64,000 bases of DNA from Caulobacteraceae bacterium (lineage in GTDB: Bacteria > Pseudomonadota > Alphaproteobacteria > Caulobacterales > Caulobacteraceae): positions 14,961 through 78,960 of the forward strand of contig CANJXI010000006.1 of NCBI GenBank assembly GCA_947478785.1. The letters are read 5' to 3'. Under the pieces are notes generated by a model. The model did not search any database. It was given only the letters and a program-made list of their open reading frames with translations, and was not told the DNA's origin. The stretch's first letter is position 1. The number at the start of each line of letters is the position of its first letter. Position numbers and translations under genes: made by a program. Of the stretch, positions 31,480-41,384 are shown in pieces.

Positions 31480-31962
31480 GTGATCGTCGCCCTCGGCGGC
31501 AATATGTCGGACAGTTACGCGTCCTGCGAGTCGCTTCTGGAGGCGGCGCTGGCGCGTTTCCCCCAGGCAGGATTGCCTGTCCTGGCCAGGTCCGGCTGGT
31601 GGCGGTCCGCCGCCTGGCCCGACCCGACCGCGCCTGAGTATCGCAACGGCGTCGTGATTGTCGAGGCGAACGGCTCGCCGCGGGATACCCTGGGTATACT
31701 GCTGGCCATCGAAACCGCCTTCGCCCGCGAACGGACCGCCCGCAACGCGCCGCGCACCCTCGACCTCGACCTGATCGCCCATGGCCGCCAGGTGATCGAC
31801 GAACCGGGCCTCGCCGTACCGCACCCCAGGGCCCACGAGCGCCTGTTCGTCATGGGTCCCCTGGCCGAGATCGCGCCGGATTGGACCCATCCCGTCTGGG
31901 CCGAAACCGCCCGGGCCCTGGCAGCCAAGGCCACCGTCGGCCGCGACGCGAGGCCCATGTAG
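31480..31962 (+). CDS. folK: 2-amino-4-hydroxy-6-hydroxymethyldihydropteridine diphosphokinase
   Basis: [30 protein letters not shown]. Confidence 0.93.
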   Translation: MIVALGGNMSDSYASCESLLEAALARFPQAGLPVLARSGWWRSAAWPDPTAPEYRNGVVIVEANGSPRDTLGILLAIETAFARERTARNAPRTLDLDLIAHGRQVIDEPGLAVPHPRAHERLFVMGPLAEIAPDWTHPVWAETARALAAKATVGRDARPM

Positions 31963-32053
31963 GCGCGCCTTGACCCGCCGCGACCTTTGGGGCGTTGCAC
32001 AAAGGGCCCCGAACCGCTATTTTCCCAGGTTATCCCCCCGGTCAGAGGACTCC

Positions 32054-32413
32054 ATGGCTCGCGTCACCGTCGAAGATTGCATCGAAAAGGTCCCCAACCG
32101 CTTCAGCCTCGTGCTGCTGGCGGCTCACCGCGCGCGCGCCATCTCGGCGGGCTCGCAGATCCTCGTCGATCGCGACAACGACAAGAACCCCGTCGTCTCG
32201 CTGCGTGAGATCGCCGACGACGTGGTCGACGCCGAGGAGCTGCGCGAGAACCTGATCGGCACCCTGCAGCGGGTGGACGAGCGTTCGGAAGCCGAGGAAG
32301 AGGCCGAAACCCTGGCCCTGCTGGCCGACCCGACCCACATGCAGATGAGCGAGCTGGAACTGGTCCGCGCCCTGCAGAGCGACCGCGATGGCGGTCAGGA
32401 GGAGCGGTACTGA
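32054..32413 (+). CDS. rpoZ: RNA polymerase omega subunit
   Basis: [35 protein letters not shown]. Confidence 0.98.
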   Translation: MARVTVEDCIEKVPNRFSLVLLAAHRARAISAGSQILVDRDNDKNPVVSLREIADDVVDAEELRENLIGTLQRVDERSEAEEEAETLALLADPTHMQMSELELVRALQSDRDGGQEERY

Positions 32414-32520
32414 GCCCGGAAGGCGCAGAACCCCTCATCACCAAGGCGGCGCCTAAACCCGCCGCTCCGCTGAAGGACGCCCCCGCATCGGCGGCGCCGA
32501 CGGCCGCCAGACGCCCGAAG

Positions 32521-34689
32521 ATGCTTCGCCAGTTCGAGCTCATCGAACTGGTGAAATCCTATGACCCCACCGCCGACGAGGCGCTGCTCAACCGCGCCTA
32601 CGTCTACGCCATGCGGATGCACGGCGCGCAGAAGCGGGCCTCGGGCGACCCCTACTTCGCCCACCCCATCGAGGTGGCGGGAATCCTCACCGACTATCGG
32701 CTGGACACCGCCACCATCGTCACGGCGCTGCTGCATGACGTGATCGAGGACACCCCGGTCACCCGCGCCGAGATCGACCGCCTGTTCGGCGCCGAGATCG
32801 GCGAACTGGTCGAGGGCGTCACCAAGCTCTCCAAGCTGGAGCTCTCCTCGGAGCATTTGCGCCAGGCCGAGAACCTGCGGAAATTCATCCTGGCCATTTC
32901 AAAGGACGTCCGTGTCCTGATGGTCAAGCTGGCCGACCGGCTGCACAACATGCGCACGCTGCAGTACATCCAGAGTCCGGCGAAACGTGAGAGAATCGCT
33001 CGGGAAACACTGGACATCTACGCGCCGCTGGCCCGCTCCATCGGCGTCCACCGGATCTGCACGGAGCTTGAGGAACTGGCCTTCGAGCACCTCAATCCAG
33101 TGGCGCGAGACGCCATCTACCGCAGGCTGGACACGCTGCGCGCCCAGCAGGGCGGGGCGGTCAGCCTGGTCTCCGGCGAAATCGCCGCCCGGCTGGAAAC
33201 CGCCGGCGTGCCGGCCCGGGTCTTCGGGCGTGAGAAGCACCCCTATTCGATCTGGCGCAAGTTACAGCGTAAATCGATTGGATTCTCACAGCTTTCCGAC
33301 ATCTACGCCTTCCGGGTGATCACCGACACCGAGGAGGATTGCTACCGCGCCCTGGGGGTGATCCACCGCGCCTGGCCCAATGTGCCCGAGCGGTTCAAGG
33401 ACTTCATCTCCACGCCCAAGCGCAACAACTACCGCTCGCTGCACACCACCGTGGTCGGCCCCAAGGGCATGCGCATCGAGATGCAGATCCGCACCGAGGG
33501 CATGGACCGGGTGGCGCAGGAGGGCGTCGCCGCCCACTGGCGCTACAAGGACCAGACCTACGGCTTCGACGCCGAGCACCAGGCCGCCGCTGGCGGCCGC
33601 GACCCGCTGGTCAACCTGCGCCACCTTGTCCAGGTGCTGGAACACGGCGGCGACGCCGAGGAACTCGTCGAGCACGCCAAGCTCGAGATGTTCCTCGACC
33701 AGGCTTTCGTCTTCACGCCGAAGGGGCAGCTGGTCAGCCTGCCCAGGGGCGCCATGCCGCTCGATTTCGCATACGCCGTCCACACCGACGTGGGCGACAC
33801 CTGCATCGGGGTGAAAATCAACGGCGAACTGAAGCCGCTGCGCACCGTCCTGCAGAACGGCGACGTGGTCGAGGTGATCCGTGGCGGCAAGCCCGTGGTG
33901 CCGCCCGACTGGCGCTCCATCACCGTCACCGGCCGCGCGCGCTCGGCGATCCGCCGCCACATCCGCCAGACCGAGAAGGAAGAGTTCACCAGGCTCGGAC
34001 GCGCCACCGTCGACCAGACCTTCGACAACGCCGGCAAGGCCCGCAAGGACGTCTCGCTGCGCCCGGCGCTGGACCGTTTCGCCGCCGCCACCGAGGAGGA
34101 TCTCTTCGAGGCCGTCGGCCGGGGCCGTGTCTCGCCGCCCCAGGTGCTCGACACCGTATTCCCGGGCCTGCGCGCAGACGAGCGCGAGGCGGCCACCGCG
34201 CGCCACCGGATCGAAGACGGCAAGGCCGCGCGGCTATACGTCCGCGGCGGCGGCCTGACGCCGGGGATCACCCTGCATTTTGGGGAATGCTGCTCGCCGG
34301 TGCCGGGCGACCGCATCGTCGGCATCCAGGAGGAGAGCGGCAAGGGCCTCACCGTCCACACCATCGACTGCGAGAAGCTGGCCGAGTTCGAGGATCGCGA
34401 GGAGCTATGGCGCGATCTGCAGTGGACGCCGGAGGCCGAGCGCAACTCCATCGCCCGCGCCCGGCTGGTGGCGACCATTCGCAACGCCCCGGGCGTGCTG
34501 GGTCAGGTCTGTTCGATCATCGGCGAGGCCGGCGGCAACATCGTGCAGCTACGGATGCACCATCGCCAGGCCGACTTTTTCGACGTCGATTTCGACATCG
34601 ACGTCAACGATGCGCGCCACCTGACCCACATTGCCGCCGCGCTCCGCGCCAATCCCAGCGTCGAAACCGTCGATCGGGCGAAGGGCTAG
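32521..34689 (+). CDS. spoT: Bifunctional (p)ppGpp synthetase/hydrolase
   Basis: HD domain LLHDVIED, KLADRLHNMRTL, synthetase SDIYAFR/EMQIRT, TGS and ACT domains; true start may be CTG 32410. Confidence 0.97.
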   Translation: MLRQFELIELVKSYDPTADEALLNRAYVYAMRMHGAQKRASGDPYFAHPIEVAGILTDYRLDTATIVTALLHDVIEDTPVTRAEIDRLFGAEIGELVEGVTKLSKLELSSEHLRQAENLRKFILAISKDVRVLMVKLADRLHNMRTLQYIQSPAKRERIARETLDIYAPLARSIGVHRICTELEELAFEHLNPVARDAIYRRLDTLRAQQGGAVSLVSGEIAARLETAGVPARVFGREKHPYSIWRKLQRKSIGFSQLSDIYAFRVITDTEEDCYRALGVIHRAWPNVPERFKDFISTPKRNNYRSLHTTVVGPKGMRIEMQIRTEGMDRVAQEGVAAHWRYKDQTYGFDAEHQAAAGGRDPLVNLRHLVQVLEHGGDAEELVEHAKLEMFLDQAFVFTPKGQLVSLPRGAMPLDFAYAVHTDVGDTCIGVKINGELKPLRTVLQNGDVVEVIRGGKPVVPPDWRSITVTGRARSAIRRHIRQTEKEEFTRLGRATVDQTFDNAGKARKDVSLRPALDRFAAATEEDLFEAVGRGRVSPPQVLDTVFPGLRADEREAATARHRIEDGKAARLYVRGGGLTPGITLHFGECCSPVPGDRIVGIQEESGKGLTVHTIDCEKLAEFEDREELWRDLQWTPEAERNSIARARLVATIRNAPGVLGQVCSIIGEAGGNIVQLRMHHRQADFFDVDFDIDVNDARHLTHIAAALRANPSVETVDRAKG

Positions 34690-35760
34690 GCTGGTGGTCT
34701 CGGGGAACAGGCGCCGGCGCCGTGCGCGGGCGCCCACGCCGCCCGACCTGGAGCGGCCGGAGATATAGGCCATGGTCGAATCGGCGTCGCGGTCGGCGTC
34801 GGCCTTGCGGCGAAGCTCTTCCGTCCAGAGCCGGCGGATCTCGTTGATGATGTAGGGTGGGCTCCAGTCGAAGTCCTGTGCGTCCGCGTCCGACAGGAAG
34901 AGCGGCGTGATGAACCGGTAGTGCTGCTCGATGACCGCCTCGCAAGAGGCGCGCACCGCCTCGACACCGGCCAGGTCGCGCCCGATGGCGGCGTCCGCGG
35001 GCTTGTTGCGCCCGCCGACGGGGATCCACAGGACAGGGTAGGGTTCGTCGTCGATGACGCCCTTCAGCTTCTGGCGGCCGCTGTAGTGGACCGGCAACGG
35101 CTCTTCCACCTCGCTGCAGGAGCTGGTCAGCAGGAAGGCCAGGTCCACCGATATGACGAACCGGCGCTGCGTCGCCCAGGACGTCAGGCGAAAGCCGGTG
35201 TCGATCGAGGGGCCGACGAAGTCGCGGGTGATGTCGCCGCGGCCGCGGTCGGCGTACCATTCGTCGCGCAGTTCCGCCTGCAGCAGCTGCGGGTCGTCCA
35301 GCAGGTCGGAGGCGAACCGCGCACGGTCACGGCGGAAGAAGACCTCGGCGTTCGGCACCGGGAAGAGGCCGACCCAGGCCGTCGACTTCACGTCCAGCCG
35401 CTCGGGGTGGCTGGCCATGCTCGCGCGGTACTGGTGCAGCACGCCCAGCCAGGTGTTGATGGTCTCGTGCGCCTGGTCCAGCCGTTCCAGCTGGCAGGTG
35501 TAGAGCAGCTCGTCGCCGTTGCTCTTCCAGAACTCCGGCGTCGGTATGCCGTTGTTGCTGTTTCCGTTGATCCGGCTGAACGCCGAATGCACCGTGTGAT
35601 CGAAGTCCCGATAGAAGTTCAGGATCGTCGGGCGCCAGGGTTGAAGCGATTGCTTGAGCGGCGTGGAGCCGACGATGTCGACGCTGAAGAACAGCCGCAG
35701 CCGGGGCTTGAGGCCCTCGGGAAAATCGGTCGGGAACGCTTTCCGCTCGCCGTACGACAC
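34549..35760 (-). CDS. Divergent class III nucleotidyl (adenylate/guanylate) cyclase-like protein
   Basis: FFSVDIVGST, WKSNGDELL, RDFVGPSIDTGFRL appear in the order of class III cyclase motifs; the last 141 nt overlap spoT antisense. Confidence 0.72.
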   Translation of the reverse strand: MSYGERKAFPTDFPEGLKPRLRLFFSVDIVGSTPLKQSLQPWRPTILNFYRDFDHTVHSAFSRINGNSNNGIPTPEFWKSNGDELLYTCQLERLDQAHETINTWLGVLHQYRASMASHPERLDVKSTAWVGLFPVPNAEVFFRRDRARFASDLLDDPQLLQAELRDEWYADRGRGDITRDFVGPSIDTGFRLTSWATQRRFVISVDLAFLLTSSCSEVEEPLPVHYSGRQKLKGVIDDEPYPVLWIPVGGRNKPADAAIGRDLAGVEAVRASCEAVIEQHYRFITPLFLSDADAQDFDWSPPYIINEIRRLWTEELRRKADADRDADSTMAYISGRSRSGGVGARARRRRLFPETTSLALRPIDGFDAGIGAERGGNVGQVARIVDVDVEIDVEKVGLAMVHP

Positions 35761-36130
35761 AGATCTTCCACCTTCTATTGGACGAGGGCTCGCAGCGCGG
35801 GATGCGCGTGCTCGGCCGTCGTCGGGACTGCCCCCGTGAAGTCCATCGATGCTCCCCCCACGATCAGCAACTGGTGAAGAAGCACCGTGAATCGGCGTTC
35901 ACCATCAAATGACCCGATGGGCATGGGAAATACGCCCGCCCTTTCGGGCTGGTCTTCGGGTCTAATCGGCCAATAATGTCAAATGCTTGTCAGCGGCCGC
36001 AATGATGAGGCCCGCGCGCTCACACAAGGCGGCGGCCGGGCCTGCGGCGTGGCGTCGCGGCCATCCTCCAGCCCTGAGGTTTAAGCGGGTGGCTTCCGGT
36101 GGCTCGGAAACGGCGCTATCTCCCGGCGCC

Positions 36131-36715
36131 ATGAACACCGAAGACGTCCTCGAAGAATTCCGCGGCGCGGGCGCGCTCCGCGAAGGCCACTTCATCCTGG
36201 CCTCGGGTCGCCACAGCCCGATGTTCCTGCAGAAGAACCTAGTCTTCCAGTACGCCGACCGCACGGAACGCCTGTGCAAGGCGCTGGCCGAGAAGATCAC
36301 CGCCCGGTTCGGCAAGCCTGACGTGATCGTGGCGCCCGCCGTGGGCGCTATCATCCCGGGCTATGAGGTGGCGCGCTGGCTGGGCGTGCCGTCCATCTAC
36401 GTCGAACGCGAGGACGGCGAATTCAAGCTGCGACGGGCCTTCAGGATCGCACCGGGCGCCAAGGTCGTGGTGGTGGAGGACGTGATCACCACTGGGGGCT
36501 CCTTCCGCGAGGCCGTGAAGCCCATCGAGGCGGCCGGCGGGGTCGTGCTCTGCTGCGCCTGCATCGTCGACCGCTCCGGCGGCAAGGCCGATGTCGGCTG
36601 GCCGCTCGTGGCGCTGGCCACCGTCGACGTGCCGTCCTACGCGCCGGACGAGATTCCGCCCGAACTCGCCGCGCTCCCCGCCGAAGAGCCCGGATCGAAG
36701 CGGCTGCGCGGATGA
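36131..36715 (+). CDS. pyrE: Orotate phosphoribosyltransferase
   Basis: [15 protein letters not shown] motif [13 protein letters not shown]. Confidence 0.96.
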   Translation: MNTEDVLEEFRGAGALREGHFILASGRHSPMFLQKNLVFQYADRTERLCKALAEKITARFGKPDVIVAPAVGAIIPGYEVARWLGVPSIYVEREDGEFKLRRAFRIAPGAKVVVVEDVITTGGSFREAVKPIEAAGGVVLCCACIVDRSGGKADVGWPLVALATVDVPSYAPDEIPPELAALPAEEPGSKRLRG

Positions 36716-36739
36716 CATGTGAAGAATGGGGCAGGCGCA

Positions 36740-37501
36740 ATGACCTCTAGCCTCCGCCTCGGCGTCAACATCGACCATGTGGCGACCGTGCGGAACGCCC
36801 GCGGCGACGGCTATCCCGATCCTGTGCGGGCCGCCGAAATGGCGCTGGCCGCCGGCGCCGACGGGATCACCGCCCACCTGCGCGAGGATCGCCGGCACAT
36901 CTCCGACGCCGACATCGACGCGCTCGCCGTGATCACCCGCCGCCGCGGACGTCCGCTGAACCTGGAGATGGCGGTCACCGGCGAAATGGAAGCCATTGCC
37001 CTGGCCCACCGGCCGCACGCCGCCTGCCTGGTCCCCGAGCGCCGCGAGGAGGTGACCACCGAGGGCGGCCTCGACGTTGCGGGCGGCCACAACCTCATCG
37101 CCCCGGTCGTGCGCCGGCTGGCGGACGCCGGCATCCGGGTCTCCTGCTTCATCGACGCCGACGTGCTGCAGGTGGCCGCCGCCAGCGCCGTGGGCGCCCA
37201 GGTCGTCGAACTGCACACGGGCGCCTACTGCCAGGCGGTGCGCGAACGTTCGCGGCACGCCGAGGCGATCCTCGGCCGGCTGAAAGGCGCCGCTCGCGAG
37301 GGCGCGCGCCTGGGCCTGGAGGTCCACGCCGGCCACGGCATCGACTACGAGACGGTGGGCGCCGTCGCCGCGATCCCGGAACTGGCGGAACTCAACATCG
37401 GCCACTTCCTGATCGGCGAGGCGATCTTCATCGGGCTGGGACCCGCCATCCAGCGCATGCGGACGCTGATGGACGAGGCGCGCGCCACGAGAGCGGCATG
37501 A
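36740..37501 (+). CDS. pdxJ: Pyridoxine 5'-phosphate synthase
   Basis: [40 protein letters not shown]. Confidence 0.98.
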   Translation: MTSSLRLGVNIDHVATVRNARGDGYPDPVRAAEMALAAGADGITAHLREDRRHISDADIDALAVITRRRGRPLNLEMAVTGEMEAIALAHRPHAACLVPERREEVTTEGGLDVAGGHNLIAPVVRRLADAGIRVSCFIDADVLQVAAASAVGAQVVELHTGAYCQAVRERSRHAEAILGRLKGAAREGARLGLEVHAGHGIDYETVGAVAAIPELAELNIGHFLIGEAIFIGLGPAIQRMRTLMDEARATRAA

Positions 37502-37896
37502 TCGTCGGCATCGGCTCGGACCTGTCCGATATCCGCCGCATCGAGGCCAGCCTGGCGCGCTTCGGCGAACGTTTCACTCACCGCATCTTCACCGACCTCG
37601 AGCGCGCTCGCTCCGAGCGCAAGACTGACCGCGCCTCCAGCTACGCCAAGCGCTTCGCCGCCAAGGAGGCCTGCGCCAAGGCGCTCGGCACCGGCTTTCG
37701 CCGGGGCGTCTTCTGGCGCGACATGGGGGTGATCAACCTGCCGTCCGGCCAGCCGACCATGGCGCTGACGGGCGGGGCGCTGGCCCGCCTGAACCAGATC
37801 ACGCCCGCGGGCTGCCGCGCCGTCGTCCACCTCAGCCTCACCGACGACCACCCCTACGCCCAGGCCTTCGTGATCATCGAAGCCTTGCCGGAATAG
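37498..37896 (+). CDS. acpS: Holo-ACP synthase
   Basis: [30 protein letters not shown]. Confidence 0.98.
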   Translation: MIVGIGSDLSDIRRIEASLARFGERFTHRIFTDLERARSERKTDRASSYAKRFAAKEACAKALGTGFRRGVFWRDMGVINLPSGQPTMALTGGALARLNQITPAGCRAVVHLSLTDDHPYAQAFVIIEALPE

Positions 37897-38964
37897 CTAT
37901 TCCAGATAGGCGGCCCGCAGCCTGGCCCGCTCGGCCGGCCCCACGCCCAGCTCCTTCTGCAGGTAGGCGTCCACCGAACCCCAGCGGCGCTCCACGTCCT
38001 CGAAGGCCACGGCGAGCAGGGCCCTGTGGTCGGCGTCGTACAGCGGCTGCGGCTGGCGCGGCTTGCCGTCGCCCTGCTGTCCCTGGATGAACATGGCCGC
38101 GATCGCGCTTTCGCTCCGCCGGGCGGGGTCGATGCGCGGCATCTCGTATTCCGGCCGCCGGTAGGTGGTGGAGAGGTGGTAGTCGGCGAGGATTACGTCG
38201 CGCGGCACGCCCAGCGCCGACAGCACCATGGCGGTGGCGAACCCCGTCCGGTCCTGGCCCGCCGAGCAGTTGTAGACGACGGGTCCCGTCTGGGCGAGCA
38301 GGGTCTGGAACAAGATGCGCAGCTGCGGCGCCAGCAGGGTCGGGAACTGGTAATAGACCCCGTGGGCGTCGGCGAACGGCTTGGGTCCCGTGCCGCTGAT
38401 CTGGGACATCGGATAGCCGACGGCCGAATAGCGCACCCCGTCGATCCGGGTCGGGGCCAGGATGCGTTCCTCGTCGGAGCGCAGGTCGATCAGTTCGGCC
38501 AGCCCCAGCGCGCGCACCCGCGCCACATCGGCGTCGGTCAGCATCGGCGTCGCGCCCGAGCGGAAAATGCGCCCCCAGCGGACATGCTTGCCGCCGGCCG
38601 CTGGATAGCCGCCGATGTCCCGGAAGTTGGAACCTTGTTCCAGCGGCAGCACCCGCTCGGCCACCCGCACCACCGCCTTGCCTGGGACTTCCCGGAGCAG
38701 GATATAAGGCCGGCCCGTGGCTGCTGCGGGCAGCTCCAGCCGGCCTGAGCGATCCTGGCCCGACACCAGCCTGGCCTTGCCCACGCCCTCGTCCGGTCCA
38801 TCGGCCAGGTACACATCCACCGGCTGGGCGTCCGTCCAGGTCACGGCGATCCGATCGGGCGCGATGCGCTCGACCTTCTGGCCGGTGACCGCCGCGATGG
38901 CGGCGGTCTGCACGGCGAACGCGACAGGTATGGCGATGGCGAGGGCGGCGAGTTTCGAACGCAT
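37897..38964 (-). CDS. Secreted tyrosine-protein phosphatase-like protein (Y_phosphatase3 type)
   Basis: Signal peptide; NFRDIGGY, IDLRS, P-loop NCSAGQDRTG. Confidence 0.9.
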   Translation of the reverse strand: MRSKLAALAIAIPVAFAVQTAAIAAVTGQKVERIAPDRIAVTWTDAQPVDVYLADGPDEGVGKARLVSGQDRSGRLELPAAATGRPYILLREVPGKAVVRVAERVLPLEQGSNFRDIGGYPAAGGKHVRWGRIFRSGATPMLTDADVARVRALGLAELIDLRSDEERILAPTRIDGVRYSAVGYPMSQISGTGPKPFADAHGVYYQFPTLLAPQLRILFQTLLAQTGPVVYNCSAGQDRTGFATAMVLSALGVPRDVILADYHLSTTYRRPEYEMPRIDPARRSESAIAAMFIQGQQGDGKPRQPQPLYDADHRALLAVAFEDVERRWGSVDAYLQKELGVGPAERARLRAAYLE

Positions 38965-39022
38965 GGCCGGGTATCCTTCCGTAGACTTGGAGCTGGATCG
39001 CAGGGGCAGTGGATATCGGGCC

Positions 39023-39439
39023 TTATGGCTCGGGTCTACGCGCCTGACCGTAGCCCTTCATGAGGATCACCACGCCTAGCAGATTGAGCAGGGCCGGGGG
39101 TGACAGGACCAGCCAACCCAGGGGGGTCAGGGTTGGAACGGCGGCGATGTAAGAGATGTCGGTGAACAGGTCCGAGAACCGGATCCCCGCCGCCACCGCC
39201 AGCCACGCCGGGTTCTTTCGCCATATCGCAAGGGTGATCGCCTGTGCCAGGGCGAATGCCGCCCATTGACCGGCCGAGCGGCGGAGCAGCGCGACCTCCA
39301 ACCCGGCCGGCGCGGCGTGATGGAACAGCTGGAACCAGAGATCCGGCGCGGCCCAGGCCAGGATGAAGATCAGGCTGTCTTCGACGAGCGCGCCCCACAG
39401 ATAGATCTGGATGGCGATCCGAAGTCGGCGCTCGATCAC
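39023..39439 (-). CDS. Hypothetical membrane protein
   Basis: Four hydrophobic segments; GTG 39439 chosen as start. Confidence 0.6.
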   Translation of the reverse strand: MIERRLRIAIQIYLWGALVEDSLIFILAWAAPDLWFQLFHHAAPAGLEVALLRRSAGQWAAFALAQAITLAIWRKNPAWLAVAAGIRFSDLFTDISYIAAVPTLTPLGWLVLSPPALLNLLGVVILMKGYGQARRPEP

Positions 39440-39562
39440 GATAGCCTCACGGAAGTCCCGCGCCTGCCCGGCATGGGCGCGGCCGGCGGTTCCATTTGCA
39501 CCCGATACGGAGACCGAGGGCAAGTCGCCGCGAGGGCCTCGCGGCATGTGGGCGGGCGCCCG

Positions 39563-40459
39563 TCAGGCCGCCGCCAGCCTGCGCCTTCGCCACATGGGCC
39601 ACAGCGTGTTCAGCGCCAGGCCGCTCAGCACCAGGGCCGCGGCGGTGAGCTTCCAGGAGGCCAGGCTCTCGCCCAGCACCATCGTCGCGGTCGCCATGCC
39701 GAACACCGGCACCAGCAACGACAGGGGCGAGACCACGGCGGCCGGGTAACGCGAGAGCAGCCAGGCCCAGGCCGCGTAGCCGAACAGGGAATTGCCCACC
39801 GACTGGTAGAGGACGGCCGCCCAGGTCCCGGCGCTGGCGTGGGCGAGCCCCGCCGACACCGCCGGCCAGCCGTCGACGAAGAGGGCGAGCCCGATCAGCG
39901 GCGGGACGGCGAAGAGGCTCGACCAGACCACATAGGCCACCGTGTTCACCGGCCCCGCCGCCCGCTGCACGGTGTTGCCCGCCGCCCAGCACAGGGCCGC
40001 GAACAGGGTCAGGCCCAGGCCCAGCGCCGTCACGTCGGCGTTGACGTGGGCCATCAGCCAGCCCAGGCCGCTGGCGGCCAGCGCCAGCGCCACGACCTGG
40101 AAGCCTTTGATCCGCTCGCGCCCGAACACCATGAACATCCCGATGGTGAAGAACGCCTGGGTCTGCACCACCAGCGAGGCCAGTCCCGGCGAGATCAGGC
40201 TCTGCATGGCGATGTAGAGCACCCCGAACTGGCCGACCCCGATCAGCAGGCCATAGGCGGCGAGGTTCCACAGGGGCACGCGCGGGCGCTTGAAGAACAG
40301 CACCGCCGGCAGGGCCACGAAGGTGAACCGCAGGGCCGCGAAGGTCAGCGGCGGCAGGTGGCTGAGCGCCACCTTGATGACCACGAAGTTGGTCCCCCAG
40401 ACGATCGTCACAATGAGCGCCAGCAGGGCGGAAAGCGGCGTGAGCGACTGGCGGATCAT
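39563..40459 (-). CDS. EamA/DMT family transporter
   Basis: VWGTNFVVIK, ten TM segments, LLVPVFG. Confidence 0.92.
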   Translation of the reverse strand: MIRQSLTPLSALLALIVTIVWGTNFVVIKVALSHLPPLTFAALRFTFVALPAVLFFKRPRVPLWNLAAYGLLIGVGQFGVLYIAMQSLISPGLASLVVQTQAFFTIGMFMVFGRERIKGFQVVALALAASGLGWLMAHVNADVTALGLGLTLFAALCWAAGNTVQRAAGPVNTVAYVVWSSLFAVPPLIGLALFVDGWPAVSAGLAHASAGTWAAVLYQSVGNSLFGYAAWAWLLSRYPAAVVSPLSLLVPVFGMATATMVLGESLASWKLTAAALVLSGLALNTLWPMWRRRRLAAA

Positions 40460-40604
40460 GGCGACCTTTTGGGCGGCGGGCGGCGCTTTGTCACCCCGGC
40501 GCGGCGTTTGGCGGGCAAGCGTTCACAGGCACGGAACTTGCTCAGAGGCTGTCCAGCGCGTAGCAACCACCCGTCGGCCGACCGGCTGCCTTCCAGGACC
40601 ATCC

Positions 40605-41384
40605 ATGAGCGACAACGTGCAGGCCGCGAGCCCTCCCGAAAAGTCCGGCGCGATGAACGAGTTCGTCGAGATCATCAAGACGGTGGTCTACGCGCTGCTG
40701 ATCGCGCTCTTCCTGCGGGTGCTGTTCTTCCAGCCGTTCACCATCCCGTCCGCGTCGATGGAGCCCAACCTCTATGAGGGCGACTACATCATCGTCTCGA
40801 AATACACCTACGGCTGGTCGCACCACTCGATCCCGTTCAGCCCGCCGCTGTTCTCCGGCCGGGTCTTCGAGCGGCCCGCCCAGCGCGGCGACATCGTGGT
40901 CTTCAAGCTGCCGCGCGACGGCCACACCGACTACGTCAAGCGCCTGATCGGCCTGCCCGGCGACCGCATCCAGGTGAAGCAGGGCCTGCTCTACATCAAC
41001 GACGTGCAGGTCCCCCGCCAGGCCCTGCCTTCGGTGCGCGAGGACACCGGCTACGGCGTGCGCGACGTGGCCCGCTACCGCGAGACCCTGCCCGGCGGCC
41101 GCAGCTTCATCACCAACGACTACGGGACCGACCAGGACCTCGACAACACCGACGTCTTCGTTGTGCCCGAGCACCACTATTTCATGATGGGCGACAACCG
41201 CGACAACTCCTCCGACAGCCGGGTCCCGCCCGAGGCCGGCGGCGTGGGCTATGTCCCGGCCGAGAATCTGGTCGGCAAGGCGCAGATCATCCTGCTCTCC
41301 TGGAAGCCGGGCGCCACCATCTTCAAGCCCTGGACCTGGGTCATGAACGCCCGGCTCAGCCGGTTCGCCCATCCGCTGAAATGA
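40605..41384 (+). CDS. lepB: Signal peptidase I
   Basis: IPSASMEPNL, YVKRLIGLPGD, MGDNRDNSSDSR. Confidence 0.97.
   Translation: MSDNVQAASPPEKSGAMNEFVEIIKTVVYALLIALFLRVLFFQPFTIPSASMEPNLYEGDYIIVSKYTYGWSHHSIPFSPPLFSGRVFERPAQRGDIVVFKLPRDGHTDYVKRLIGLPGDRIQVKQGLLYINDVQVPRQALPSVREDTGYGVRDVARYRETLPGGRSFITNDYGTDQDLDNTDVFVVPEHHYFMMGDNRDNSSDSRVPPEAGGVGYVPAENLVGKAQIILLSWKPGATIFKPWTWVMNARLSRFAHPLK

Noticed and set aside
35761-36130. Possible small RNA between the cyclase-like gene and pyrE
   Set aside because: Only short 3-4 bp hairpins; the region is adequately explained as two divergent promoters.
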